Source: an uncultured Methylomirabilota bacterium (lineage in GTDB: Bacteria > Methylomirabilota > Methylomirabilia > Methylomirabilales > 2-02-FULL-66-22). Taken from it: a stretch of DNA of 64,000 nucleotides. The stretch's first letter is position 1. Every line of letters begins with the position of its first letter. This document shows, in pieces, positions 1 to 10,800 of this stretch. The translations under genes were made by a program, and so were the position numbers. A model generated the notes under the pieces. That model saw only the letters and a program-made list of their open reading frames with translations. It did not search any database and was not told the origin of the DNA. The DNA lies in assembly GCA_963845565.1 (NCBI GenBank), contig CAWJSJ010000002.1, forward strand, positions 704,001 to 768,000. Direction: 5' to 3'.

Positions 1-730
1 ACCTGTACATCCCGTGGGTGGATCAGGACTCGCTGCCGCAATTCAGCGGTGCCGACTTCGTCAGCGGCCAGAATCGGGTGGGGTACCGGTTGGCCAACCG
101 GCTCCTGGCGCGCCGGGAGGCGGGGGGGAAGTCCGCAACTACGAGCTCGCCAGCTTCTCCATCGCCCAGAGCGTGAACCTTCAGCCGCAGACCCGGGAAT
201 TCTCCAATCTGTACCTGGAGTCCCTGACGCCGGAGCGGGTGGATCAGGCGGTCACCGATGTGCGCCCGCTGCCAAAAAACGGGTTCAGCCAGGCGACGGA
301 GCGCCGCTGGTCCAACCTGGTCGTCAAAACGTCGGTGAGCCCGCTGCCGGACCTCAGCCTGTACGGGACGGTGGCGGTCGACGTGCAGTCGCCGGACGTG
401 GCGGGGATCAACTCGGGGATGGTGTTGCGATTCCTGGACGCCGTCACCTTGGACGTGGGGCAGTCCTATGTTCGAAAGGAGCGGATCGACGGCATCGTGG
501 GGAAGCTCTCCTGGCGGATCACCCGCGAGCTCACCCTCGACTGGCTGACCAGATATGACATCGCGACCAACACCTTCTGGGAAAACACGGGACACCTCCG
601 GTACAGCACGTGTTGTTGGAGCGCCACGTTGAATGTGACGAGCGTGGCGCAATCGGTCGGGGTGCCGGCCCAGACCAGCGTTTCGGTAGTCTTCGATCTG
701 ATATCCCCGACCACGACACCCACCCGCTGA
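1..730 (+). CDS. lptD: LPS-assembly outer-membrane protein LptD, C-terminal part (5' truncated; frameshift in the G run at ~121-130)
   Basis: Frame 3 reads LYIPWVDQDSLPQFSGADFVSGQNRVGYRLANRLLAR, then frame 2 continues with amphipathic beta strands and a Y-x-x-CCW motif typical of the LptD barrel end. Confidence 0.65.
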   Translation, partial: PVHPVGGSGLAAAIQRCRLRQRPESGGVPVGQPAPGAPGGGGEVRNYELASFSIAQSVNLQPQTREFSNLYLESLTPERVDQAVTDVRPLPKNGFSQATERRWSNLVVKTSVSPLPDLSLYGTVAVDVQSPDVAGINSGMVLRFLDAVTLDVGQSYVRKERIDGIVGKLSWRITRELTLDWLTRYDIATNTFWENTGHLRYSTCCWSATLNVTSVAQSVGVPAQTSVSVVFDLISPTTTPTR

Positions 731-795
731 CGAGCCGGCCGCGCGCGTCGCGCCTTGTCCCGAGCGAATGCCCGGCTGACCCCGGAATATAAGAG

Positions 796-825
796 TTGAC
801 CAGGCGGGCGAAGCCTCTCTAGAAT
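796..825 (+). promoter_or_regulatory. Putative sigma70 promoter
   Basis: TTGACC-18 nt-TAGAAT upstream of the ATG at 863. Confidence 0.4.
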
Positions 826-862
826 ACCGCTCTCGTTGGTAGGATCCGGGAGGGGGGATTCA

Positions 863-2020
863 ATGCAGGGGAGTGTCACCCACGCGCCACGTTTGGTCGC
901 CTGGGAGGTCACGCGGGCGTGCGACCTGGCGTGTCTCCATTGCCGTGCGGTGGCGCAACCGCACGCCGACCCGCGCCAGCTCTCCACGGACGAAGCCTTC
1001 CGGCTCGTCGACACTATCGCGACCTTCCGGCCTCCCGTGATCCTGATCCTGACCGGGGGCGATCCCCTGAAGCGCCCGGACATCTTCACCGTCGCCGCGC
1101 GAGCCAGTCAGGCCGGCCTCCGGGTGGTGATGTCGCCCAGCGGGACGCACGTCACCCCGGCCAGCGTGGCGGAGCTGAAGCGGGCCGGCGTCCAGCGTAT
1201 CTCGGTGAGCCTGGACGGGAGCGCGCCGGCGCTGCACGACAGCTTCCGGCAGGTGCCGGGCGCCTTCGAGCAGGCCATCGCGTCCCTGGCCTATGCCCGG
1301 GAAGGGGGACTGCCCTTCCAGATCAACACCACGGTGACCCGGCACAACCGGCACGACCTGGCAGACATGCTCCGGCTGGCGGTGGACCTGGGGGCCGCGA
1401 CCTGGGACGTCTTCATGCTGGTCCCCACCGGGCGCGGCAAGGTGCAAATGGAGATCACGCCCGAGGAGTACGAGGAGACTCTGCAGTGGGTCTACGGGGC
1501 CTCGCAGGGCGCCCCCATCCAGGTGAAGATGACCTGCGCCCCCCACTACAAGCGCATCCAGGTGCAGGAGCGCCGCCGGCAGCCCGCGGGCACGCGGCCC
1601 GCGCCGCCGGCGCACGGCTTCAGCCGAGGCTGTATGGCCGGGGTCGGCTTCTGCTTCGTCTCGCACATCGGCGAGGTGGGCGGTTGCGGCTACCTGCCGC
1701 TCCTGGCGGGCAACGTCCGGCAGGCGCCCCTGACGGAGATTTACCGGGAATCGCCCCTCTTCAAGAGCATCCGAGACGCCGACCTGCTGCAGGGGCGCTG
1801 CGGCATCTGCGAGTACCGGCTGCTGTGCGGGGGGTGTCGGGCGCGGGCCTTGGGGGCGACGGGGAACTACCTGGACGAGGAACCGTTCTGCACGTACCAG
1901 CCCGACCCGCGCGCCCCGCGGGAGCTGATCAACGTCGAGGATTTGCTGTCTCGGACACAGCCCCACGAAGGGCGACTCGAGGCCGTGCCGAACAAAGACT
2001 TCATCCCGCCGGCGTTCTGA
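863..2020 (+). CDS. ahbD: Radical SAM/SPASM heme biosynthesis protein (AhbD/NirJ-like)
   Basis: [17 protein letters not shown] (CxxxCxxC), TGGDPL, TCAPHY, SPASM Cys cluster [14 protein letters not shown]; next to hemB and hemL. Confidence 0.75.
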   Translation: MQGSVTHAPRLVAWEVTRACDLACLHCRAVAQPHADPRQLSTDEAFRLVDTIATFRPPVILILTGGDPLKRPDIFTVAARASQAGLRVVMSPSGTHVTPASVAELKRAGVQRISVSLDGSAPALHDSFRQVPGAFEQAIASLAYAREGGLPFQINTTVTRHNRHDLADMLRLAVDLGAATWDVFMLVPTGRGKVQMEITPEEYEETLQWVYGASQGAPIQVKMTCAPHYKRIQVQERRRQPAGTRPAPPAHGFSRGCMAGVGFCFVSHIGEVGGCGYLPLLAGNVRQAPLTEIYRESPLFKSIRDADLLQGRCGICEYRLLCGGCRARALGATGNYLDEEPFCTYQPDPRAPRELINVEDLLSRTQPHEGRLEAVPNKDFIPPAF

Positions 2021-2148
2021 CCGGGCGCCGCCACGAGACAAAAAGACAACGGGTAACGAACAGGGGGCACCCCGTACGAGGAATGCTCCGGCGCTGGCCG
2101 GGTGTCGAAGGTCGACCTCTTACGTTCCATTTCCCCCCGGAGCTGACG

Positions 2149-3132
2149 ATGCACTATCCGATCTACCGCCCGCGACGCCTGCGGGAATCCGAGACGATCC
2201 GCCGCATGGTCCGCGAGACGCGGCTCTCCGTGGACGGTTTCGTGATGCCGTTCTTCGTCACGCACGGCCACGGGGTGCGCCGCGAGATCACCTCCATGCC
2301 GGGAAATTTCCAGCTGTCCGTGGACGAGCTGGTGCGGGAAGTCAAGGAGACGGCCGCCCTGGGGGTCCCGGCGGTGCTCCTCTTCGGCCTGCCTGCCAAC
2401 AAGGACGCCGTCGGCTCCGAGGCGTACGCGCGGGACGGGATCGTCCAGCAGGCGACCCGGGCCATCAAGGACTCCGTGTCGGACCTCCTGGTCATCACGG
2501 ACGTCTGCCTGTGCGAGTACACCAGCCACGGCCACTGTGGTGTGGTGGAGCGCGGACGGATCAAGAACGACCCCACGCTGGATCTCTTGGCCCGGACCGC
2601 CCTCTCCCACGCCGAGGCGGGCGCGGACGTCGTTGCCCCCTCGGACATGATGGACGGGCGTGTGGCGGCGATCCGGGAGGCGCTGGACGAGAGCGGGTGC
2701 GAGGAGACGCCCATCCTGGCGTACGCCGCGAAGTACGCCAGCAGCTTCTACGGCCCGTTCCGCGAGGCGGCAGGGTCGGCGCCGCAGTTCGGCGACCGCC
2801 GTTCCTACCAGATGGACCCGGCCAACGGCGACGAGGCGCTGCGCGAGGTGGCGCTGGACCTGGACGAGGGGGCCGACATGGTCATCGTCAAGCCCGCGCT
2901 TCCCTACCTCGATATCGTGTGGCGGGTGAAGGCGGAGTTCGGCGTCCCCGTGGCCGCCTACAACGTCAGCGGGGAGTTCGCCATGCTGAAGGCGGCCGCG
3001 CAGCAGGGATGGCTGGACGAGGAGCGGGCCATGCTGGAGATGCTCACCGCCATCAAGCGGGCGGGGGCCGACCTGATCGTGACCTACTTCGCCCGGGATG
3101 CGGCGCGCGCGCTTCGACAACAGGCGCGGTAG
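2149..3132 (+). CDS. hemB: Porphobilinogen synthase
   Basis: [42 protein letters not shown]; true start at ATG 2149 inside the longer listed ORF. Confidence 0.97.
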   Translation: MHYPIYRPRRLRESETIRRMVRETRLSVDGFVMPFFVTHGHGVRREITSMPGNFQLSVDELVREVKETAALGVPAVLLFGLPANKDAVGSEAYARDGIVQQATRAIKDSVSDLLVITDVCLCEYTSHGHCGVVERGRIKNDPTLDLLARTALSHAEAGADVVAPSDMMDGRVAAIREALDESGCEETPILAYAAKYASSFYGPFREAAGSAPQFGDRRSYQMDPANGDEALREVALDLDEGADMVIVKPALPYLDIVWRVKAEFGVPVAAYNVSGEFAMLKAAAQQGWLDEERAMLEMLTAIKRAGADLIVTYFARDAARALRQQAR

Positions 3133-3230
3133 GGGGTTGGTGGCATGCGGGCTTCGGCGTGCGGAAGACACGCACCAGGGCCGCGTTCCGGTGGCGGGGG
3201 CTGACAGCAGGCGAGGACAACGCGGTCGGC

Positions 3231-3334
3231 AAGCCGTTGTCAAAGAACAAATTGAGCGGAGACACTCCGAAACGGCATAAGGAGCCGTAACGAAATAGAA
3301 AGAGATGTATAGGTTATTTCGTAACGGCTCCTAA
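3231..3334 (+). mobile_element. Dispersed ~104-bp MITE-like repeat, family A, copy 1
   Basis: AAGCCGTTGTCAAAGAA...ACGGCATAA followed by a 51-bp unit with inverted ends GGAGCCGTAACGAAATA / TATTTCGTAACGGCTCC flanked by TAA; homologous copies at 5741, 11449 and 62632. Confidence 0.85.
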
Positions 3335-3344
3335 CGGAGGAGGC

Positions 3345-4625
3345 ATGGGGGAGCGCTCTCGGCAATTGTTCCAGGAGGCGGCCCGGTATTTCCCCGGGGG
3401 TGTGAACAGTCCGGTGCGGGCGTTCCGCGCCGTCGGCGGGGAGCCGTTCTTCGTGGCCCGCGCGCTCGGCAGTCGGGTCACCGACGTGGACGGGCGGACC
3501 TACATCGACTACGTCGGGTCGTGGGGGCCCATGATCCTGGGCCACGCCCATCCGCGCGTGGTGGGCGCCATCCAGGCGGCCGCCGAGGCAGGCACCAGCT
3601 ACGGGGCGCCGACCGAACTGGAGACGCGCTTGGCCCAGCTGATCCAGGCGGCCGTCCCCAGCCTGGAGCGAATGCGCTTCGTGAGTTCGGGGACGGAAGC
3701 CTGCATGAGCGCCCTCCGGGTCGCCCGCGGCTTCACGGGGCGCTCCGCCATCGTGAAATTCGAGGGGGGGTACCACGGTCACGCCGACAGTCTGCTGGTG
3801 AAGGCGGGTTCGGGCGCCATGACCTTCGGCGTGCCGGATTCCCTGGGCGTACCGGAGGCCATCGCCCGCGCGACACTGACCCTGCCCTTCAATGATCTCG
3901 ACGCGATGCGGGCCGTGTTTGCCGCGCGCGGGCGCGAGATCGCGGCGGTCATCGTGGAGCCGGTGGCGGGCAACATGGGCGTGGTCCCGCCGCAACCGGG
4001 TTTCCTGGAGGGGCTGCGCGAGATCACGCGGGCGGACGGCGCCCTCTTGCTCTTCGACGAGGTCATCACGGGTTTCCGGGTCGCCATGGGCGGTGCGCAG
4101 CAGCGCTACGGGGTTACCCCCGATATGACCTGCCTGGGGAAGATCGTTGGCGGCGGCCTTCCCGTCGGGGTGTACGGCGGCCGTGCCGAGATCATGGAGC
4201 AGGTGGCGCCGTTGGGCGGCATCTACCAGGCGGGGACGCTCTCGGGCAACCCCGTGGCCATGGCAGCGGGGATCGCCACCCTGGAGGCACTCCGGGCGCC
4301 GGGCACCTATCAGGCGCTCGAGACGATGGGCGCGCGGTTGGCGGATGGGCTGATCGCCGCGGCGGCAGAGGCGGGGCTGGCCGCGCAGATCAACCGCGTG
4401 GGCTCGATGCTGACGGGGTTCTTCACCGCGACTCCGGTCACGGACTACGCCACGGCCAAGACGGCGGACGCCGCGCGATACGGAACGTTCTTCCGCGCCA
4501 TGCTGGAGCGGGGGGTGAGCCTGGCACCGTCGCAATTCGAGGCGGCTTTTCTCTCGTTGGCCCACACGACGGACGACGTGGACGTGACCATCGCGGCGGC
4601 GCGGGAGGCGTTGACATCGCATTGA
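3345..4625 (+). CDS. hemL: Glutamate-1-semialdehyde 2,1-aminomutase
   Basis: [50 protein letters not shown]. Confidence 0.97.
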   Translation: MGERSRQLFQEAARYFPGGVNSPVRAFRAVGGEPFFVARALGSRVTDVDGRTYIDYVGSWGPMILGHAHPRVVGAIQAAAEAGTSYGAPTELETRLAQLIQAAVPSLERMRFVSSGTEACMSALRVARGFTGRSAIVKFEGGYHGHADSLLVKAGSGAMTFGVPDSLGVPEAIARATLTLPFNDLDAMRAVFAARGREIAAVIVEPVAGNMGVVPPQPGFLEGLREITRADGALLLFDEVITGFRVAMGGAQQRYGVTPDMTCLGKIVGGGLPVGVYGGRAEIMEQVAPLGGIYQAGTLSGNPVAMAAGIATLEALRAPGTYQALETMGARLADGLIAAAAEAGLAAQINRVGSMLTGFFTATPVTDYATAKTADAARYGTFFRAMLERGVSLAPSQFEAAFLSLAHTTDDVDVTIAAAREALTSH

Positions 4626-4717
4626 ACTGAATGGACGGACGTGGTCCTGCGTCTGAGTCGTGAGACGGCGCTCGGCGCGCCCGGGGGGCGCCCGGCGGTC
4701 GAAAGGAGGTGAAGCGA

Positions 4718-5068
4718 ATGCAGCGCACGTGGAAGTCATGGCTGTGGTGTGCGGCGGTGCTCATGCTGATCGGGTTCGCGGGCGGCATCCTGACCCAGCA
4801 GGCGTGGGCCCAGGCCAAGGGACCTGCCGATTTCGACTTCGGCGGCGGATCTGAAGGGAAGGTGACCTTCAGTCACGAGAAACACTCGGCCAAGAGTCCG
4901 AAGTGCACCGATTGCCATACCAAGCTTTTCAAGATGGCCAAGGGGCAGCGATCGGCCCCCAAGATGGCCGACATGGAGAAGGGGCAGGCCTGCGGGTCGT
5001 GTCATAACGGTCAGGCCGCGTTCAGCGTCAAGGAGAAGGCCGACTGCGCCAAGTGTCACAAGAAGTAG
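4718..5068 (+). CDS. Periplasmic triheme c7-type (PpcA-like) cytochrome
   Basis: Signal peptide, VTFSHEKH, three CxxCH (CTDCH, CGSCH, CAKCH); RBS AGGAGG. Confidence 0.85.
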   Translation: MQRTWKSWLWCAAVLMLIGFAGGILTQQAWAQAKGPADFDFGGGSEGKVTFSHEKHSAKSPKCTDCHTKLFKMAKGQRSAPKMADMEKGQACGSCHNGQAAFSVKEKADCAKCHKK

Positions 5069-5089
5069 CGGTCCTCGGCGTTCCGATCC

Positions 5090-5124
5090 CGAAGCCCACC
5101 CCGGTTGTTCCGGGGTGGGCTTCG
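5090..5124 (+). terminator. Hairpin, probable terminator
   Basis: CGAAGCCCACCCCGG-TTGTT-CCGGGGTGGGCTTCG, 15-bp perfect stem. Confidence 0.6.
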
Positions 5125-5201
5125 CGTCTTCCGTGGCGCGCCACGTCCTGCCCCATTTGTCTGCCAGGCCGTTTCCCTTGGGCGGAGACGCCCATTTTTG
5201 G

Positions 5202-5229
5202 TTGACTTCACCGCCTCCGGGACTATCAT
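5202..5229 (+). promoter_or_regulatory. Putative sigma70 promoter of the nuoE-like operon
   Basis: TTGACT-16 nt-TATCAT. Confidence 0.4.
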
Positions 5230-5269
5230 CCGCCCCTGCGCGAGGTTCCAGCGCGTCGAGGAGGTTTCC

Positions 5270-5791
5270 ATGCAGATGGTGGCGAGCACGTATTTCGAGC
5301 AGGGCACCGTCGAGCTCTGCGCCGGCGATGCCAGTCAGGTGATCCCGCTTCTGCAGGTGGTGCAGGAGAAGACCGGCTACATTCCCGAGGACGCCATCGG
5401 CGCCATCGGCGAGATCACCGGGGCGGCGCCGAGCGACATTTATAGCGTGATCACCTTCTACAAGCAGTTCCGACTCCTACCGCCCGGCAAATTCACGATC
5501 AAGCTGTGCGACGGGACGGCCTGCCACGTGATGGGCTCCGTCACGCTCCTCAACGTGATCGTGGACGAACTCAAACTCGAAACCGGCGACACCACCCGGG
5601 ACGGGCTGTTCACCATCAGTCCGGTGGCCTGCGTGGGTTGCTGCAGCCTGGCCCCGGTCATCATGATCAACGAGGAGACCTACGGGGGCCTCACACCTCA
5701 GAAGGTGCGCAAGATCCTCAAGGACTACCAGCGCCGCGGCAAGCCGTTGTCAAAGAATAAGCCGACCGGAGAAATTCCGGAAACGGCATAA
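5270..5791 (+). CDS. NuoE/HydC-like [2Fe-2S] subunit (StnA/NfnABC-type)
   Basis: TFYKQF, CDGTACH, CVGCCSLAP; last ~16 aa are encoded by a repeat. Confidence 0.9.
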   Translation: MQMVASTYFEQGTVELCAGDASQVIPLLQVVQEKTGYIPEDAIGAIGEITGAAPSDIYSVITFYKQFRLLPPGKFTIKLCDGTACHVMGSVTLLNVIVDELKLETGDTTRDGLFTISPVACVGCCSLAPVIMINEETYGGLTPQKVRKILKDYQRRGKPLSKNKPTGEIPETA

Positions 5792-5845
5792 GGAGCCGTA
5801 ACGAAATTACAAGAAATGGACAAGGTATTTCGTAACGGCTCCTAA
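5741..5845 (+). mobile_element. MITE-like repeat, family A, copy 2 (overlaps the nuoE-like 3' end)
   Basis: Same architecture as 3231-3334; 51-bp inverted-repeat unit 5792-5842 flanked by TAA. Confidence 0.85.
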
Positions 5846-5867
5846 GGCGAAGTGAGGGGATAGGCCC

Positions 5868-7634
5868 ATGCTGAAGATCACGGTTGGGATGGCCACCTGC
5901 GGCGTGTCCGCGGGGGCGGCGAAGGTGTTCGAGACCTTCCGGGGCCTCGTGGAGGGAGACGGCGGCACGGCGACCCTCGGTTCCACCGGCTGTCTCGGGA
6001 TGTGCTACCGTGAGCCGCTGGTCGAGATCGACGACGGGAAGACCAAGTACCTCTACGGCAACGTGGACGAGAAGACGGCCCGGGCCATCTTCCGGGGCCA
6101 CGTCCTGGGCGGGACGCCCGTGGAGGCGCATCTGGTCCTCCGCGACTTCACCGAGGGTCCCGAGCAGGGGTATCTCGCCCGGCAGGTCAAGATCGTGCTG
6201 CGCAACTGCGGGTACCTCGATCCCGACTCCATCGAGGACTACGAGCGGCGCGACGGGTACCGGGCCATCCGCAAGGTCCTCGCCGAGATGACCCCCGAGC
6301 AGGTCATCCAGACGATCGCCGACTCGGGGCTGCGCGGTCGGGGCGGGGCGGGGTTCCCGACCGGCCAGAAGTGGAAGTTCGGGCGTGGGGCCCCCGGGAC
6401 CGAGAAGTACGTCGTCTGCAACGCCGACGAGGGGGATCCCGGCGCCTTCATGGACCGGAGCGTCCTGGAGGGGGATCCCCACACCGTGCTGGAAGGCATG
6501 ATGATCGCCGCGTATGCCATCGGGGCCAGCCACGGGTACGTCTATTGTCGGGCCGAGTACCCGCTGGCGGTGAAGCGGCTCAAGCGCGCCATTGCGCTGC
6601 TCACGGAAAAGGGCTACCTGGGCCGGAACATCTTCGGCTCCTCGATGTGCTTCGACGTGAAACTCAAGGAGGGGGCCGGCGCCTTCGTGTGCGGCGAGGA
6701 GACGGCGCTCATCGCCTCCATCGAGGGCAAGCGCGGGACGCCGCGGCCGCGGCCCCCCTTCCCGGCCGTCAAGGGGCTGTGGGGCAAACCCACCAGCATC
6801 AATAACGTCGAGACCTTCGCCAACGTGCCCTGGATCATCCTGAACGGCGCCGCCAAATATGCCGCCTGGGGAACCGAGAAGAGCAAGGGGACCAAGGTCT
6901 TCGCGGTCGCCGGGCGGGCCAAGCGCACCGGCTTGGTGGAGGTCCCCATGGGGATCACCATCGGCGAGGTCGTGAACGAGGTCTGCGGCGGCATCAAGGA
7001 GAACAAGCGGTTCAAGGCGGTGCAGATGGGCGGCCCCTCCGGCGGCTGCATCCCGGCGTCGCTGGGCGGGACGCAGATCGACTACGACCAGATCACCAAG
7101 ACGGGCGCCATCATGGGCTCGGGCGGCATGGTGGTGATGGACGAGACCACCTGCATGGTGGAGATGGCCCGCTTCTTCCTGCAGTTTACCCAGAACGAAT
7201 CCTGCGGCAAGTGCACCTCCTGCCGCATCGGCACGTTGCGCATGCTGGAGATTCTGGAGCAGATCGTGCTGGGGAAAGGCACCGAAGAGGATTTGGCGCA
7301 CCTGGAGGAGATCGCCCGCTTCGTCAAGGGCAGCTCCCAGTGCGGGCTGGGACAGACCGCGCCCAACCCGGTGCTGACCACGCTGCGCTACTTCCGCGAC
7401 GAGTACGAGGCGCACATCCGGGACCGCCGCTGCCCGGCGCACCAGTGCACGGCGCTGGTGAAATTCGTCATCGATCACGAGAAATGCAACGGGTGCATGC
7501 TGTGCGCCCGCCAGTGCCCCGCCCACTGCATCATCGGGGAGAAGAAGCAGCCGCACACCATCGTCGAGGATCAGTGCACCAAGTGCGGCAAGTGTTTCAC
7601 GGTCTGCAGCTCTGACGCGATCTACAAAGATTGA
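5868..7634 (+). CDS. NuoF/HydB-like FMN/NADH-binding subunit with N-terminal [2Fe-2S] and C-terminal 2x[4Fe-4S] domains
   Basis: SGLRGRGGAGFPTG, NADEGDPGAFMDR, GAGAFVCGEET, GGPSGG, ESCGKCTSCRIG, two C-terminal ferredoxin motifs. Confidence 0.93.
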   Translation: MLKITVGMATCGVSAGAAKVFETFRGLVEGDGGTATLGSTGCLGMCYREPLVEIDDGKTKYLYGNVDEKTARAIFRGHVLGGTPVEAHLVLRDFTEGPEQGYLARQVKIVLRNCGYLDPDSIEDYERRDGYRAIRKVLAEMTPEQVIQTIADSGLRGRGGAGFPTGQKWKFGRGAPGTEKYVVCNADEGDPGAFMDRSVLEGDPHTVLEGMMIAAYAIGASHGYVYCRAEYPLAVKRLKRAIALLTEKGYLGRNIFGSSMCFDVKLKEGAGAFVCGEETALIASIEGKRGTPRPRPPFPAVKGLWGKPTSINNVETFANVPWIILNGAAKYAAWGTEKSKGTKVFAVAGRAKRTGLVEVPMGITIGEVVNEVCGGIKENKRFKAVQMGGPSGGCIPASLGGTQIDYDQITKTGAIMGSGGMVVMDETTCMVEMARFFLQFTQNESCGKCTSCRIGTLRMLEILEQIVLGKGTEEDLAHLEEIARFVKGSSQCGLGQTAPNPVLTTLRYFRDEYEAHIRDRRCPAHQCTALVKFVIDHEKCNGCMLCARQCPAHCIIGEKKQPHTIVEDQCTKCGKCFTVCSSDAIYKD

Positions 7635-7667
7635 CGACCGGGAACCGCCAAGCGACAAGCCGCTTTG

Positions 7668-7766
7668 GCCACAAGACGCACAAGAGGCACACACCTCAGG
7701 GATGAATCAGGGCCGCCCGTCTCTGCGGGCCTGACCATACCTTGTGCATCATGTGCCTCTTGTGGC
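7668..7766. repeat. Intergenic palindromic element built from 9-bp GCACAAGAG-like units
   Basis: GCCACAAGACGCACAAGAGGCAC ... CTTGTGCATCATGTGCCTCTTGTGGC. Confidence 0.6.
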
Positions 7767-7822
7767 TACGATCGGACCCGGTGGCGTCTTGGCAGTTATT
7801 CACCATTCGGAGGTCGGGATTC

Positions 7823-10800
7823 ATGGCCAGCGTGACGGTGCGAATCGACGGCAGGGAGATCGCTGCCGATAGCAGTCAGACCATCCTCCAGGTGGCGCGC
7901 GCGAACGGGGTCCACATCCCCACGCTCTGCTACGACCCGCGCCTCCCACCCTACGGGAGCTGCCTGGTGTGCGTGGTGGAGGTGCGGAGCGCCGGTCGGC
8001 TGCTGATGTCCTGCACCACCCCGGTGGCCGACGGCATGGACATCTGGACCGAGAGCGAGCCGGCGGCCGCCGCCCGGCGCGCGGCGCTGGAGATGCTGCT
8101 CTCGAATCACTACGCCGACTGCCGCGGCCCGTGTTTCCTGGAGTGTCCCGCCAACGTGGACGTGCAGGGGTATCTCGCGCTCGCCAACGCGGGGATGTAC
8201 CGGGAGGCGCTCAACCTCATCCGCGAGACGAACCCGATGCCGCTGGCCTGCGGTCGCGTCTGCGTCCGCTACTGCGAGGCCAGCTGCCGGCGGAACGACG
8301 TGGACTCGCCCGCGGCCATCAACTTCATGAAGCGCTACGTGGCCGATCTGGAGTACGACAACCTGCCACAGCCGGCCCCGATCCCGGCGACCGGGAAGCG
8401 CGTGGCCGTCATCGGCGGCGGGCCCGCCGGCCTCACCTGCGGCTATTTTCTGGCCACCAAGGGCCACCGGGTGACCATCTTCGACAAGCAGCCCAAACTT
8501 GGGGGGATGCTGCGGTATGGGATCCCCGAGTACCGCCTGCCCGAGGCGGTACTGGACAAGGAAATCGGCTACCTCCTGGCGCACGGGATCGAGGCCAAGA
8601 CCGAGGTGCGGCTGGGCCAGGACTTCCGCCTCGACGATCTGCGGGGCCAGGGCTTCGAGGCGATCTATCTCGCCATGGGGTCCTGGATCGCCAAGGGGAT
8701 GGGAATCGAGAACGAAACGCACGCGAACATTCTGTCGGGGATCGCGTTCCTGGAGGGGGTCAAGCGCCAGGGCCCACCCCGGCTCCACGGCACGGTGGCC
8801 ATCGTGGGGGGCGGCAACACCGCCGTCGACGCCTCGCGCACCGCGCTCCGCTGCGGCGCCGAGAAGGTCGCCATCCTCTACCGCCGCACCGAGAGCGAAA
8901 TGCCTGCGGACGAAATCGAGGTCCAGGACGCGCGGGACGAAGGGGTGGCGATCCAGTTCCTGGTGGCCCCCAAGCGAGCGGTCATCGACAACGGACGGCT
9001 CATCGGCCTGGAGTGCTTCCGGATGGAACTGGGCGAGCCGGATGCCAGCGGCCGGCGCCGCCCCGTGCAGGTCCCCAACTCGGAATTCCTGTTCGCCTGC
9101 GACTGGGTGTTCTCGGCAATCGGCCAGGAGCCGGACCTCGCGGGGCTGGAGAACGCCACGCTCGGACCGATCGCGGTCACCAAGTGGAAGAGCATCGCGG
9201 CCGACCCCGAGACGTTCCTGACCAGCGCGCCCGGGGTCTTCGCCGGCGGCGACGCCATGACCGGGCCCGCGGCAGCCATCGACGCCATCGGCGGCGGGCG
9301 GAAGGCGGCCTGGGTGATCGACCGGTACCTCCAGACGGGGCAGGTCGAGAAGTTTCAAGCGGGCTTCGTCAGCAAGCGCGCGAGCCTGGCCCCGCTGGAC
9401 GAGTCGTTCTTCCGCCAGTTCGAGAAGACGACGCGCGAGTCCATGCCCAAGCTGGAGGGACGGGAACGCATTCACCACTGGGAGGAGGTGGACCTGGGGG
9501 TCAACGCCCTGCAGGTCAAGCACGAGACCTCGCGCTGCCTCTCGTGCGGCTGCACCAGCGTCTTCGATTGCGACCTCAAGGTGTTCGCGGGCAATTACGA
9601 CGCCAAGCAGGAGCACTACAAGGGCCGACTGCGGAAGCACAAGCTGGACGACCGGCACCCCTACATCCTGCTCGACAGCAACAAGTGCATCCTGTGCGGC
9701 CGGTGCGTGCGCTACTGCGGGGATCTCATCGGGGTGCATGCGCTGGGGTTCATCAACCGCGGGTACGAGACGGTGGTGAAGCCCGCGCTGGACAAGCCGC
9801 TCCGCGAGACGACCTGCATCGCCTGCGGCAACTGCATCGAGGTCTGTCCCACCGGCGCCATCACCTTCAACGCGACCCTGGACAAGCCCGGACCGTTTCG
9901 CACCGTGCCGCACCGCTCGGTCTGCTCCTTCTGCGGCGTGGGCTGCCAGATCGACGTCAACCACACCGGCCGGGATTTCTTCTTCGTCACGGCCCAGCCG
10001 ACCGACCCGTTCACCGAGGGGGAACTCTGCGCCAAGGGCCGGTTCGGTACGTCCTACGTCGGATCCCGCGACCGCCTCTACACCTGTATCGTCAAGGGGA
10101 CGGGGAGCGTCGGGATGGCCGACGCCGCCAAGGCGCTTGCCACGGGACTCGCCGGGATCCGGGATGCGCACGGACCGGACGCGATCCTCTTCCTGACGTC
10201 GCCCCGGGTCTCCACCGAGGCGGCCTGGCTCTTCGCCTCCCTGGCGAAGCAGTGCGGCTCCCGCTTCGTCTTCCCGGCGGAAGACCTGCGGCGCGCGGCG
10301 CTGCCGGATGTGCGTGGTCTGTCCGGGCACAACATCTCGACCGCCAAGCAGGACGATCTGTGCGGCGCGGATGTGGTGCTGACCGTCGGTGAGCAGGCTT
10401 TCGCGTATAACCCAGTGCTCGGATTCCATGTCCGCCGCGCCGCGCAGGCCGGTGCGACCTGGATCCACGTCGGGACGGCGCCGGCGGCTTGGAAGCGGAT
10501 GGTGACCATTCGCGTGGAGTGCGCGACGGGCGCGGAAGCCACGGCGCTCCGCGCGATCTGTGGGGCGGTCGTGGCCTCGGGCGTTTACGATGCGGCGGGC
10601 CTGGCCGCGGCCGCCAACGGACAGGCCTTCCTGTCGCATGCCTTCGGGCAGCCGGGGCCGAGCGTGGCGGAGGCCGCCGCCCACATCGCCGACGCATCGA
10701 AGAAAGCCATCCTGGTCGTCAACCAGGACGCGCCGGTGGGGGGCGACCACGCCGACGTCCGGTGGACCGCCGATCTGGCGCTCCTCACGGGGCGGACCGG

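Noticed and set aside
919..3132. 737-aa ORF suggesting a HemB fusion
   Set aside because: The N-terminal part is an off-frame read of the radical SAM gene; HemB starts at 2149
3231..3334. CRISPR array interpretation of the repeats
   Set aside because: Copies are dispersed by kilobases with inverted ends; no repeat-spacer periodicity and no cas genes
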